From Collinsella sp. (lineage in GTDB: Bacteria > Actinomycetota > Coriobacteriia > Coriobacteriales > Coriobacteriaceae): 64,000 nucleotides of DNA. Positions 9,643 to 19,353 of the stretch are shown here, one piece after another. The notes beneath the pieces were generated by a model. It saw nothing but the letters and a program-made list of their open reading frames with translations. It was not told the origin of the DNA and searched no databases. A program made the translations under genes and the position numbers. Location of the stretch: assembly GCA_019414055.1 (NCBI GenBank), contig DXMV01000025.1, positions 41,295 to 105,294 of the forward strand. The letters are read 5' to 3'. Position 1 is the stretch's first letter. Each line of letters opens with the position of its first letter.

Positions 9643-10542
9643 TCACTCCGAATCAAACGACATGTCGCCCGAACCGACCTTAAAGCGATACGTGGCAGAC
9701 TTATCACCGTTGTCGAATTCATGATTCAAAGTGGTCTCGCCATCGTAGCCAAGCGGAAGGAAATCACTCTCGAAGTCACCGCTGCCCACGGTGAGGCGCG
9801 CCTTAAAGCCCGTAGAGTTCGGAACCGTTATCTCCACATCGCCCGAGCCCACGCTTACATCCATCGACTTCGCGGGGGCCTGGTAGAGCTCGAACGTCAC
9901 ATCGCCCGAACCGACCTCGGCATTCAGGGTGTCGGTCACGGTACCCGCAAACTCGACGTCTCCCGAGTCCAACGTCAAATCGAAGTCGTGGCACGCAATG
10001 TCCGTGATCGTCAGGTCTCCCGACCCCACATTCGCCGAAATGTCCATCATGTTATCGGCAAGCTCGCGTGGCAGCTCGATGGTGACCGTACGATCGATGG
10101 CTCGCTCGTCATCGCAGTCGGACTGGCCAATCTTGAGCGTAGAGCCCTCAACCTCGGCCAGATGCCGAGTGGCGCCATAGAAAGCAGATACCCCCTTTGC
10201 AACACGACCACTCTCGATGACACGTACCGGCCCGTCGGAAACGCACTTGATCTCGACCGTCCCCGATGTCACATCCAGGTCAAGGGACTGGAATGAGCCG
10301 GCATCAAAGGTCACGCTCGAAAGCTGCTGAGGCTGAGCGGAATAATCGCCACCATTATGAGAATCGTCTTCGTCAACCACATCGTCCATCCTAAACAAGC
10401 CGGATGCAATATTGCCGAGACCCCACGGGCCATCATAATGAATCAAAGTCCGTGAAATGCCAAAAACAAGCCCGATGATGAGCACAAACGCTCCGATGCC
10501 AACGCCCAGACGCAGCCTGGATTCATGCGAAAGCTTCATCAT
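9643..10542 (-). CDS. DUF4097 beta-strand repeat membrane-anchored protein
   Basis: N-terminal TM helix and repeated VGSGD motifs; ATGA overlap with the upstream XRE gene. Confidence 0.75.
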   Translation of the reverse strand: MMKLSHESRLRLGVGIGAFVLIIGLVFGISRTLIHYDGPWGLGNIASGLFRMDDVVDEDDSHNGGDYSAQPQQLSSVTFDAGSFQSLDLDVTSGTVEIKCVSDGPVRVIESGRVAKGVSAFYGATRHLAEVEGSTLKIGQSDCDDERAIDRTVTIELPRELADNMMDISANVGSGDLTITDIACHDFDLTLDSGDVEFAGTVTDTLNAEVGSGDVTFELYQAPAKSMDVSVGSGDVEITVPNSTGFKARLTVGSGDFESDFLPLGYDGETTLNHEFDNGDKSATYRFKVGSGDMSFDSE

Positions 10543-11261
10543 TCGTCGCCCTCTTTGGCACACGGCTCAGCGGTGGCTGCGGTAGCCACGTCAGCATCAG
10601 GTTCCGCAGAAGTATCCTTCCCCTGGGCCTTGACCGCCACCGGCGCCGGACCAACCTGGATATCCCCGCGCGCCCAATCGCCATCGAGCGCACGCGCCAC
10701 CCAGTGATAGATGGGAATCGTAAAGAAGATCAGTGCGGGAAAAGGGCTGGCACCAACCAGGAGCATCAGCAAAAAGAACAGCAGCCAGCACACGGCCCAA
10801 TACGGGAACGACTGGAAGGGGCCCTTCACCGGAGTCGAGCCAACTGCGCGGCCACTCGTCGCCTGCGCCGTAGCAGCGTTGGCGGCCTGTGCGCTCCAGC
10901 TTGCCGCCTGTGCCGCCTTAGCCGCGGCATCACTCGCCTGCGTTGCCGCTTCGGTGGCGCGCACCGCCGCCTCATGGGTGCGAGCGCGCTCTGCCGCCTC
11001 GGCCTCGCGCTGGCGGGCGCGGTCCTCGTTCTCAAACTCGATATCGTCCTCGATCTCGTCGCTCGGATTGAGCAGCTCGTCCAGACTCACGCCATAAAGC
11101 TTGGCGAGCGAGATCAGGTTCTCGGTATCGGGCGAGCTCTCCGCGCGCTCCCATTTGCTGACCGCCTGGCGCGACAGCCCCAGCTTTCGCGCCAGCCCTT
11201 CTTGGCTAAAGCCTTTGCTGCGGCGAAGGTCGGCGAGCCGCTGCGCAGTTTCTACATTCAT
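10539..11261 (-). CDS. XRE family HTH regulator with C-terminal TM segments
   Basis: SQEGLARKLGLSRQAVSKWERAESSPD HTH; hydrophobic C-terminal region. Confidence 0.85.
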   Translation of the reverse strand: MNVETAQRLADLRRSKGFSQEGLARKLGLSRQAVSKWERAESSPDTENLISLAKLYGVSLDELLNPSDEIEDDIEFENEDRARQREAEAAERARTHEAAVRATEAATQASDAAAKAAQAASWSAQAANAATAQATSGRAVGSTPVKGPFQSFPYWAVCWLLFFLLMLLVGASPFPALIFFTIPIYHWVARALDGDWARGDIQVGPAPVAVKAQGKDTSAEPDADVATAATAEPCAKEGDE

Positions 11262-11528
11262 GGTTCCTCCTATGCTTTTGCCAGCCGTGCCGCCGGACCG
11301 CTTTTGTTCTTAAGGCGCCTTGCACAGTTAAAATCTATCCGCCACCGCCAAAAACATGCCACCTATTTTAGTGGGATTTTTGACAACCGGCGGTTGCGGG
11401 CGCGCATGAGCTGCGAAAATGTGTCCAAACCAAGCAATGACCCGCAGCCCGGTTGTCCCCGTTGCGGCGATAACGGTAGTATGGTCGTACCGTTTATTCC
11501 GCACCGCCAACGGAGGGAGTCCCGCGCC

Positions 11529-12401
11529 GTGAACCGCGATTTCGCCTCATCGCTCATCCAGCTCAACAACACGTTCTATCGCGAGCACTCCGCCTCCTTC
11601 TCCGATACGCGCCAGGCCCCGTGGCCGGGCTGGGTCCGCACCATGGACATCGCACTCGAACAGCTCGACGTCGCCACCATCGAGCATCCCGTCCGCGTCT
11701 TCGATCTTGCCTGCGGCAATATGCGATTCGAGAACTTTGCCGCCGGCGGCGCACTTGCCGCCAAGGGCGTCGACGGTGCAAATCCCTCGGCAGATGCCAG
11801 CTGCCCGTTTGAGTTCTATGGCGTCGACTCATGCCAGGACCTGGCCATCGATGCACGTGGCCACGCCCTGCGCATTCCCAACCTGCACTTCCAGGAACTC
11901 GACGTGCTCGATGCCCTTATGAAACTCAATCCCGCCGAGACGCCCGACGTGCTTTTCGACGCCCCGCTCGCCGACATCTCGGTCTGCTTTGGCTTTATGC
12001 ACCACGTGCCGTCGTGCGAGTACCGCGTGCGCGTGCTCGACGCCCTGGTGCGCCAGACACGCCCGGGCGGCATCATCGCCATCAGCTTTTGGGAGTTTAT
12101 GAATGACGAGCGCATGGCGCGCAAGGCCGTTCGCGCCGAGGCCCGCGCCGAGCTCACCCCGCCGTTTGAGGGTTACGATTCCGCACAGTTTGAAGCCGGC
12201 GACCACCTCATTGGCTGGCAAAACGACCGCCACGCCTACCGCTATTGCCATCACTTTGACGATCAGCAGATCACCGACCTGGTGCGCGGCGTGCGCACGT
12301 TCTACAAGAGTGGCGAGGTTCCCGTACGCGAGCTTGAGCGCTTCCATGCCGACGGTCGCAGCGGCGAGCTCAATCGCTATGTGATCCTCAAGCGCCTGTA
12401 G
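11529..12401 (+). CDS. Class I SAM methyltransferase, Trm9/ALKBH8-like
   Basis: GTG start after GGAGGGAG; FSDTRQAPWP, DLACGNMRF, HHVP..EYR, RPGG...SFW, YRYCHHF, NRYVILKR. Confidence 0.75.
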   Translation: MNRDFASSLIQLNNTFYREHSASFSDTRQAPWPGWVRTMDIALEQLDVATIEHPVRVFDLACGNMRFENFAAGGALAAKGVDGANPSADASCPFEFYGVDSCQDLAIDARGHALRIPNLHFQELDVLDALMKLNPAETPDVLFDAPLADISVCFGFMHHVPSCEYRVRVLDALVRQTRPGGIIAISFWEFMNDERMARKAVRAEARAELTPPFEGYDSAQFEAGDHLIGWQNDRHAYRYCHHFDDQQITDLVRGVRTFYKSGEVPVRELERFHADGRSGELNRYVILKRL

Positions 12402-12518
12402 GCACCGACGACTCGCGCCGGGACGCACCGCATCTTTCGGGCAAACCATGCCCACCCTTTTTCAACCCATTGACGGAACGTGCAGCTATGCGTTCCATAC
12501 TTATGACCAAGGAGCCTC

Positions 12519-13358
12519 ATGGGAGCCGTCCACGTTCGCACGCCTAAGAACTTTGTGCTCGAGGAGCGCCTGGAGCGCTACGCCGATGCGATTGAGACGA
12601 ACCCCGAGACCTATGCCGGAGATTGGCGCAAGGCCTGTGCGCCAGTTGGCAGCAAGCCCTTCGAACACCTTCACCTGGATCTTGGCTGCGGCAAGGGAAC
12701 GTACCTTGTAGAGCGTGCGGCCCGCGAGCCAAACACGCTCTTTATCGGCATGGACCAGGAGCCCATCTGCATCGCCTATGCCGCGCAGAAAATCTGCGAG
12801 CAAGAGCTATCCAACGCACTTGTCCTGCCCCGAGGTGCCGCATCGCTGCCGCAGCTGTTTGCCGCAGGCGAGCTCGATGCCATCACCATCAACTTTCCCA
12901 CGCCGCAGCCCAAGGCCAAGTACGCCAAAAAACGACTCGTCCATGTCGACCATCTGATGCTCTACCGCCCGCTCTTTTCGGCCGGTGCCGCCGTCACGTT
13001 GCGAACCGACAGCAAGCCATTGCGCGATTACGCCCTGGGACAGTTTGCCGCGGCAGGCTACGACACGCTTTGGGTAAGTGACGACGTCCGCCGCGACCAT
13101 CCCGAGCATCCCGAGACCGAATATGAATGCCGCACGCGCGAGATGGGCGCCGCCGTCTATGGCATTTGCGCCACACCCGGCGCACAGCCCAGCGATGAAC
13201 AGCTCGCGGCGGGCCGCGTGCAGGAGCAGAGTCTTGCCTGCTACCTGCCCGATAACCTCGATGAGCTCACCTATGTACCTCTGGGCATGGAAGAGGCCGT
13301 CGAGAACTTTAAGAACCGCGCCCGTAAAGGCAAGAAACGCCTGCCTCAGGAACGCTAG
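12519..13358 (+). CDS. trmB: tRNA (guanine-N7)-methyltransferase
   Basis: LDLGCGKG, INFPTPQPKAKYAKKRL, LRTD, TEYE motifs. Confidence 0.85.
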   Translation: MGAVHVRTPKNFVLEERLERYADAIETNPETYAGDWRKACAPVGSKPFEHLHLDLGCGKGTYLVERAAREPNTLFIGMDQEPICIAYAAQKICEQELSNALVLPRGAASLPQLFAAGELDAITINFPTPQPKAKYAKKRLVHVDHLMLYRPLFSAGAAVTLRTDSKPLRDYALGQFAAAGYDTLWVSDDVRRDHPEHPETEYECRTREMGAAVYGICATPGAQPSDEQLAAGRVQEQSLACYLPDNLDELTYVPLGMEEAVENFKNRARKGKKRLPQER

Positions 13359-13457
13359 CACCGCGCGCCCATTTCCTGCATTTTCTCGCCCGCTGGCACC
13401 CCGCGCCGCCGCTACGCCATAATAGTTGACGGACAAACGGCGAGAGAAAGCAACCAC

Positions 13458-16139
13458 ATGGCACAGACCACGACAGATATCACCGCCAGCACCGTTTCCG
13501 GCGCCGGCGCCGCCAGCTCATTCTCGGGTGGCACGGGAACCGAAGCCGAGTTCGGCTCGCTCGGCGCGCTCTCCCCCACCTGGTGGGAGCCCGAGGACGG
13601 CAGTGAGCCCGAACCATGGCTCACGCCCGATCAGGCCTTCGAACGCTTCTTTGAATGGACGAGCGGCCGCGGCATTGAGCTGTGGGATCACCAAGAAGAG
13701 GCCCTCATGGACCTGGCAGCCGGCGATCACGTCATTTTAGGCACACCGACCGGCTCGGGTAAATCGCTCGTCGCGCTGGGCATGCTCTTTATAGGCATGG
13801 CACAGGGCAAACGCTGTTATTACACGGCCCCCATCAAGGCCCTGGTCAGCGAAAAGTTCTTCGACCTGGTACAGGTACTCGGCCGCGATAACGTCGGTAT
13901 GATAACCGGTGATACGCATATCAACACCAAAGCACCCGTCATCTGCTGCACGGCCGAAATCCTTGCCAACGATGCGCTGCGCGAGGGTGAGGACGCCGAT
14001 GTGGGCTGCGTGGCCATGGACGAGTTCCACTACTTTGCCGACCCCGATCGCGGTTGGGCCTGGCAGGTGCCGCTGCTCACCCTGCCCCACACGCAGTTTA
14101 TGCTCATGAGCGCCACGCTCGGCGATGTCATTGCCATCGCCGCCTCACTCGAGGAGCACACCGGCGCTGCTTGCGACTTGGTTGTCGACGCCCCGCGTCC
14201 TGTTCCGCTGAGCTACGACTATGTGACGACCTCCCTCGAGGGCACGGTCGAGCTCGCCATGCGCCGCGGCGAGGCCCCGCTCTATATCGTGCACTTTAGC
14301 CAGGATGCCGCCCTTGCGACGGCACAGTCGCTCGCCAATTTTGGCATCGCCAGCAAGGAGCAGCGCGAAGCCATCAAAGAAGCGGCAAAGGGGACGAGCT
14401 TCTCGACGGCCTTCGGCAAGATCCTCAAGCGCTTGCTCGGCTGCGGCGTCGGCGTGCACCATGCTGGCATGTTGCCGCGCTATCGCCTGCTGGTCGAGCG
14501 CTTAGCGCAACAGGGCCTGCTGCCCGTCATCTGCGGTACCGATACGCTCGGCGTCGGCATCAACGTACCCATCCACACCGTGGTGCTCACCGCGCTCACC
14601 AAGTTCGATGGCTACAAGATGCGTCGTCTGCGCGCCCGCGAGTTCCATCAGATTGCCGGTCGCGCCGGCCGCTCGGGCTTCGATACCGAGGGCATGGTGA
14701 TCGCCGAGGCACCCGAGCACGAGATCGAGAATGCCAAGCTTATGTCCAAGGCGGGCGACGATCCCAAAAAGCTCCGCAAGATTAAAAAGAAGAAGGCCCC
14801 CGAGGGCTTTGTCACCTGGAACAAGCAGACCTTTGAGCGCCTGATCGAGACGCAGCCCGAGACGCTCAAGCCGCGCCTGCGCATCACGCACTCCATGGTG
14901 ATTAGCGTGGTCGAGCAGGGCGGCGATGCCCGAGCCCGCGTGCACGACCTCATCGAGACGAGCCTGCAGACTCCCGAGGAAAAGGCTAAGCTCGAGGTTC
15001 GTGCCGACGAGATCTTCGCCACGCTCATCGACTCCGGCGTCGTCGTGCGCACCGAGGTGCCGCCCGCACCCGACGCTCCGGCTGACGCCGCGCCGGACAT
15101 CGACTACGCGTTGACGGTCGACCTGCCCGAGGACTTTGCGCTCGACCAGCCGCTCTCGCCGTTTTTGCTTGCCGCGCTGGAGTTGCTCGATCCCGAGAGC
15201 GAGACCTATACCATGGACCTCATCTCGATGGTCGAGGCTACGCTCGAGGACCCCAAGCAGGTGCTGCGCGCACAGGAGCGTGCCGCGCGCGATCGCGCTA
15301 TGGCCGAAATGAAGGCCGACGGCATCGAGTATGAGGAGCGTCTGGAGCGCATTCAGGACGTCACGTACGAAAAACCGCTCGAGGATTTGCTCGACGCCGC
15401 TTTTGACAAGTACTGCCAGGAAGTACCCTGGGCCAACGACTACCAGCTCTCGCCTAAGAGCGTCCTGCGCGACATGCTGGAGAGCGCGAGCGACTTTAAG
15501 GGCTATATCCAAAAGCTCGGCATCGCCCGCTCCGAGGGCATTCTGCTACGCTACCTAGCCGAGGCCTACCGTTCCCTCGATCGCACCGTGCCCATCGAGA
15601 AGCGCGACGAGCGCCTGCGTGACATCATTTCGTGGCTCGGCTTTGTGGTGCGCTCGGTCGACTCGAGCCTGGTGGACGAATGGGAGAACGCCGGCAACCC
15701 GGCAGCCCTCGATGCCGCACCGCCGCAGGGCATCGACGAGGTCGTGGCAGACCGCCGTGGCTGCACCCTGCTGGTGCGCAACGCGCTCTTCCGCCGCGTG
15801 ACCCTTGCCGCCCGCGAGCACGTTCGCGACCTGGGCGAGCTCGACGACGACTGGGGCATGAGCGAGATCCGCTGGCAAAAAGCGCTCGATGCCTACCATG
15901 AGCAGCATGAGGAAATCCTCACCGACGGAGACGCCCGCAGTGCCGCGATGTTCTCCATCGATGAGTCCGACGAGAAGACCGCGCACGTATGGCACGTGCA
16001 CCAGATCTTTGCCGACGAGGATGGCGACCACGATTTTGGCATCATGGGCGATGTCGACCTGGATGCCACGCAAGACGGCGGCGAGGTAATCTTCAAGAAC
16101 TACCGCGTCGGCTTTATCGAGGACCTGCTCGAAGACTAG
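13458..16139 (+). CDS. Ski2/HelY-like DEAD/DEAH helicase with DUF3516-like C-terminus
   Basis: PTGSGKS, PIKALVSEKF, DEFH, MSAT, HHAGMLP, QIAGRAGR. Confidence 0.85.
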   Translation: MAQTTTDITASTVSGAGAASSFSGGTGTEAEFGSLGALSPTWWEPEDGSEPEPWLTPDQAFERFFEWTSGRGIELWDHQEEALMDLAAGDHVILGTPTGSGKSLVALGMLFIGMAQGKRCYYTAPIKALVSEKFFDLVQVLGRDNVGMITGDTHINTKAPVICCTAEILANDALREGEDADVGCVAMDEFHYFADPDRGWAWQVPLLTLPHTQFMLMSATLGDVIAIAASLEEHTGAACDLVVDAPRPVPLSYDYVTTSLEGTVELAMRRGEAPLYIVHFSQDAALATAQSLANFGIASKEQREAIKEAAKGTSFSTAFGKILKRLLGCGVGVHHAGMLPRYRLLVERLAQQGLLPVICGTDTLGVGINVPIHTVVLTALTKFDGYKMRRLRAREFHQIAGRAGRSGFDTEGMVIAEAPEHEIENAKLMSKAGDDPKKLRKIKKKKAPEGFVTWNKQTFERLIETQPETLKPRLRITHSMVISVVEQGGDARARVHDLIETSLQTPEEKAKLEVRADEIFATLIDSGVVVRTEVPPAPDAPADAAPDIDYALTVDLPEDFALDQPLSPFLLAALELLDPESETYTMDLISMVEATLEDPKQVLRAQERAARDRAMAEMKADGIEYEERLERIQDVTYEKPLEDLLDAAFDKYCQEVPWANDYQLSPKSVLRDMLESASDFKGYIQKLGIARSEGILLRYLAEAYRSLDRTVPIEKRDERLRDIISWLGFVVRSVDSSLVDEWENAGNPAALDAAPPQGIDEVVADRRGCTLLVRNALFRRVTLAAREHVRDLGELDDDWGMSEIRWQKALDAYHEQHEEILTDGDARSAAMFSIDESDEKTAHVWHVHQIFADEDGDHDFGIMGDVDLDATQDGGEVIFKNYRVGFIEDLLED

Positions 16140-16161
16140 CCGGGCGCAATGGGACGAAACG

Positions 16162-16202
16162 AAGCGGGGCCGCTGGCAACATCGCCAGCGACCCCGCTTT
16201 TC
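16162..16202. terminator. Hairpin between convergent genes
   Basis: AAGCGGGGCCGCTGGC...GCCAGCGACCCCGCTTTT. Confidence 0.6.
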
Positions 16203-16219
16203 GTGCGATACGCTATCCC

Positions 16220-17977
16220 CTACTCGGCATCCTCGACCTCATACGAATCCGCCTCGGCTGGCTCATCGTTTGTCTCTGGCGCAGCCCCGCGCGCCTCGTC
16301 AAAGGCGGCCTTCATGGTCTTATTGCCCCACGTGAGTTTGCGAATGGTAAGATCGTCGGCTTTCTTGTTGGCAAGGCGCAGATTGTTCTCGGAGGACAGC
16401 AACGCCTCCTTGGTTTTCTGCAGGTGGCTAATCGTCTTGTCGATCTCATCGATCGCCGTTTGGAACTTGCGGCTCGCGATCTCGTAGTTGCGGCCGAAGT
16501 CGTTCTTGAACTTCTCCATCTTGGCTTCGAAGTTCGTAACATCGATATTCTGCTGCTTGTACTCCGCCAACTCCTGCTTATAGCGAAGCGAACCCATGGC
16601 GGCGTTGCGCAGCAGTGTGATCATGGGAATGAAGAACTGCGGGCGGATCACGTACATCTTCTCGTAGCGATAGCTCACGTCCACGATCCCCGCGTTATAG
16701 AGCTCGCTCTCGGGCTCGAGCAGCGTGCAGAGCACCGCGTACTCACAGCCTTTCTGGCGACGATCGTGATCGAGCTTCTTAAAGAAGTCCTCGTTTTTAT
16801 GCTTGGTCGCGGTCTCGTCATTCTCGTTTTTCATCTCGAACATGATCGAAATGACCTCGTTGCCGTTCGCGTCACACTCGCGGAAGATAAAGTCGCCCTT
16901 GGTGCCCTCGGACGCATCGTTATCTTTCTCGAAGTACGCGTTGGGAAACGCCGTCATACGCAGACGGTTGAACTCAGTCTCGCAGTGCTGCTCGAGCGAC
17001 TCGCCCACCATCTTGGTGGACAGGCGAACCTTCATGTCCTTAAGGCGCTCAATCTCTTCGTCCTTGTAACGAATCAGGTCATCGCTCGCGCGCTTGGCCT
17101 GCGCAAGCGCAAGCTCGTGTGCCGCCTTAGCCTGCTCCTCGCGCGAATCACGCACCGCCAGCTCGCTCGTCAGTTTGGCACGCGCCTCATCGCGCTCTCG
17201 CTCCGCTGCGGCAACCGCCTCCGACAGGTTCATTTTTGCCATCAGCTCTTGCTCGCGCAGCTGGGCGCGCAGGCCCTCGGCCTCCTGCTCAGACTGAGCC
17301 TTTGCGGCATAAAACTTCTCCTGCACCTTCGCGCGGTAGTCTGTGAGCGTGCGTTCGGCCTCGCTGCGAGCGGCATCGAGCTCACGCTGCGACTCGGCCG
17401 CAGCGGCAGCAAGCGCCATCTCCTGAGCCTTGTCCGCCGCGGCAAGCTTGGCCTGCAGCTCGGCAATCTGCGCATCCCGTGCAGCCACATCGTTTTGAGC
17501 AGCGTTGCGCGCTGCCGACTCGGCAAGCTTGGCTTCGTCATCCTTGCGCCCCAGCTGCGCACGCAAGTTGTCGATTTCGCGCTGGAGCTCGGCGTTCTCC
17601 TTTTGAGCGTCGGCACGGGCCTCAACCGCCGCGCGCTGGGTTGCGCTCTCGCGCTCTGCGGCAGCGCCCTCGAGCTTAGCGTGCAGCTCGGCAAGCTCCG
17701 CATCGCGCTTGGCGAGCTCTTGCGCCAGCTGCTGAGCTGCAGCGTTCTTCTGCTCGACAAGCTGAGCGTCGCGCTGAGACTCTGCCTTTTGCAAAGCAGC
17801 CGTCGAGCGCGAGCGCTCAAGCTCCAGTGCCTGCTCGCCCTCGCGCTGGACCGCCTTCACGCGCTCATCCAGGTCGCGCGAGAACTCGGCATCGCGCACC
17901 TGCTTGACGATATCCGCATAACCGGACGCATCGACCTTAAAAACTTCGCCGCAATGCGGGCACTTGATCTCGTTCAT
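16220..17977 (-). CDS. DUF2130 domain coiled-coil protein
   Basis: IKCPHCG N-terminus, long coiled coil, [14 protein letters not shown] and KGDFIFR...FEMKNE motifs. Confidence 0.85.
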   Translation of the reverse strand: MNEIKCPHCGEVFKVDASGYADIVKQVRDAEFSRDLDERVKAVQREGEQALELERSRSTAALQKAESQRDAQLVEQKNAAAQQLAQELAKRDAELAELHAKLEGAAAERESATQRAAVEARADAQKENAELQREIDNLRAQLGRKDDEAKLAESAARNAAQNDVAARDAQIAELQAKLAAADKAQEMALAAAAAESQRELDAARSEAERTLTDYRAKVQEKFYAAKAQSEQEAEGLRAQLREQELMAKMNLSEAVAAAERERDEARAKLTSELAVRDSREEQAKAAHELALAQAKRASDDLIRYKDEEIERLKDMKVRLSTKMVGESLEQHCETEFNRLRMTAFPNAYFEKDNDASEGTKGDFIFRECDANGNEVISIMFEMKNENDETATKHKNEDFFKKLDHDRRQKGCEYAVLCTLLEPESELYNAGIVDVSYRYEKMYVIRPQFFIPMITLLRNAAMGSLRYKQELAEYKQQNIDVTNFEAKMEKFKNDFGRNYEIASRKFQTAIDEIDKTISHLQKTKEALLSSENNLRLANKKADDLTIRKLTWGNKTMKAAFDEARGAAPETNDEPAEADSYEVEDAE

Positions 17978-18127
17978 GGCAGCTCCTCGATGGACGCAAA
18001 TTTCAACCGCCTACACTCTACCGCGCCGCACGGACAAAAAAGGCGCCGCTGCCATAATGGCAACGGCGCCAGAACCACCACGAAGGTGGCTGCCCCCTTT
18101 GCGGTAGCTCGTGTCGTGGTTCGAGAA

Positions 18128-18673
18128 TTACAGTCCAAAAAAGCCGAGGATCTGATCACGGCTTACGGGCTTGTAGTCGTTGGCATCGAGGCCGACATCG
18201 TAGCGAAAAATGGGGCGCTCGCGATCGCGGTTGCGTGCGTTGGTGCGGTCACCCCTGCTATGGATATGTCCGTGCAGCATGATGGCGCCGCGCGCCTTGC
18301 CATTCCAGCTGAGCATGGGGTAATGGCTCATCACCAGGCGATGACCCTTAGCGTAACCGGGAGCGACCTCCAGATAATCGCGCACCTCATCCCAAATCTG
18401 CGGTGCGTTCGGATCTTCCCAATCGCCGTCATGGTTACCGCGGATGAGCGTCACGTTCTTGCATTCGATACACTCGCGCAGGTGCACGGCATCCGCTAGG
18501 GGCAAACGATAGGTAAAGTCTCCCAGGATGTAGAGACGGTCATCCGCAGCCACGCACTCATTGATGGCATCGATGACCTTGCGATTCATCTCCTCGACCG
18601 AGCCAAACGGCCGGTCCATGTCGTGCAAGATATTCGTATCGCCCAGGTGCAGGTCGGCGGTAAACCACATCAT
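18128..18673 (-). CDS. Calcineurin-like metallophosphoesterase
   Basis: DLHLG, LGD, GNHD, SHYP, LHGHIH motifs. Confidence 0.85.
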   Translation of the reverse strand: MMWFTADLHLGDTNILHDMDRPFGSVEEMNRKVIDAINECVAADDRLYILGDFTYRLPLADAVHLRECIECKNVTLIRGNHDGDWEDPNAPQIWDEVRDYLEVAPGYAKGHRLVMSHYPMLSWNGKARGAIMLHGHIHSRGDRTNARNRDRERPIFRYDVGLDANDYKPVSRDQILGFFGL

Positions 18674-18739
18674 CGTCTATGTCCTCATTTCGCAACGCGT
18701 CAAACTCGTGCTAAGTATACAGACACAGCGATGCGGCGG

Positions 18740-18919
18740 TTAGCCAAAGAGCCCGCCGAACAGACCTCGGCGGTGTTTGTCTTTCTTTTTCGACGCGTCA
18801 CCCTGGGCGTTCTTGTCCTGCCGCTTCTTCCGGTCCTGCTCTAGCTCATCATCGTCGAGCAGCATATCCCACTCAAACGGGTCGTCCGTCAGATCGAACA
18901 GGCCATCGCCATCAAACAT
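18740..18919 (-). CDS. Small hypothetical protein (59 aa)
   Basis: GGAGG RBS before ATG of MFDGDG; fills the gap between two same-strand genes. Confidence 0.55.
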   Translation of the reverse strand: MFDGDGLFDLTDDPFEWDMLLDDDELEQDRKKRQDKNAQGDASKKKDKHRRGLFGGLFG

Positions 18920-18937
18920 GACCGCCTCCATTGCCGA

Positions 18938-19264
18938 TTAGCGAGCATCCACCACATAGAGTCCAACGCGCACCTGATGCCACGGGCTGCGCTCGGGGGC
19001 AACCTGTTGCACACGGGCCTCAAATACGTACCCATGGCCGTAATACATCATCAAGGACAGCGGGCCGGCCTCGTTTCCCGGAACATAGCCGAGCTTGGTG
19101 TTGCCGTAGTAGATCGCAACCGCCTCGGGATCATGGGGATTATCGCGCTCGGCACACAGCGTCAGCTTATCGCCCGCTTTAAGATCGCCCAAGACCAAGG
19201 CGCCATCGGCATACTGAAATCCTGCAATATGAAACGACAAAAGAACACGTGAAGGCTCGTACAT
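18938..19264 (-). CDS. Stand-alone HIRAN domain protein
   Basis: IAGFQY, ERDNPHDPEAVAI, KLGYVP; AGAGGAG RBS. Confidence 0.85.
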   Translation of the reverse strand: MYEPSRVLLSFHIAGFQYADGALVLGDLKAGDKLTLCAERDNPHDPEAVAIYYGNTKLGYVPGNEAGPLSLMMYYGHGYVFEARVQQVAPERSPWHQVRVGLYVVDAR

Positions 19265-19353
19265 GGCAACTCCTCTAACGACCGAATAAACCGGCACTTA
19301 ACCTTACTGAGAAGCTTACGGGCCCGTGCGGACACGAATTTATCCTGTCTGAT

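Noticed and set aside
10704..11528. N-terminal extension of the 565-aa ORF
   Set aside because: Overlaps the XRE gene on the opposite strand; a good RBS and GTG lie at 11529
15989..18499. 836-aa + strand ORF, and similar long ORFs such as 37360-38838 and 57139-58476
   Set aside because: Antisense shadows of well-supported genes, expected from GC-rich codon bias; no motifs or RBS
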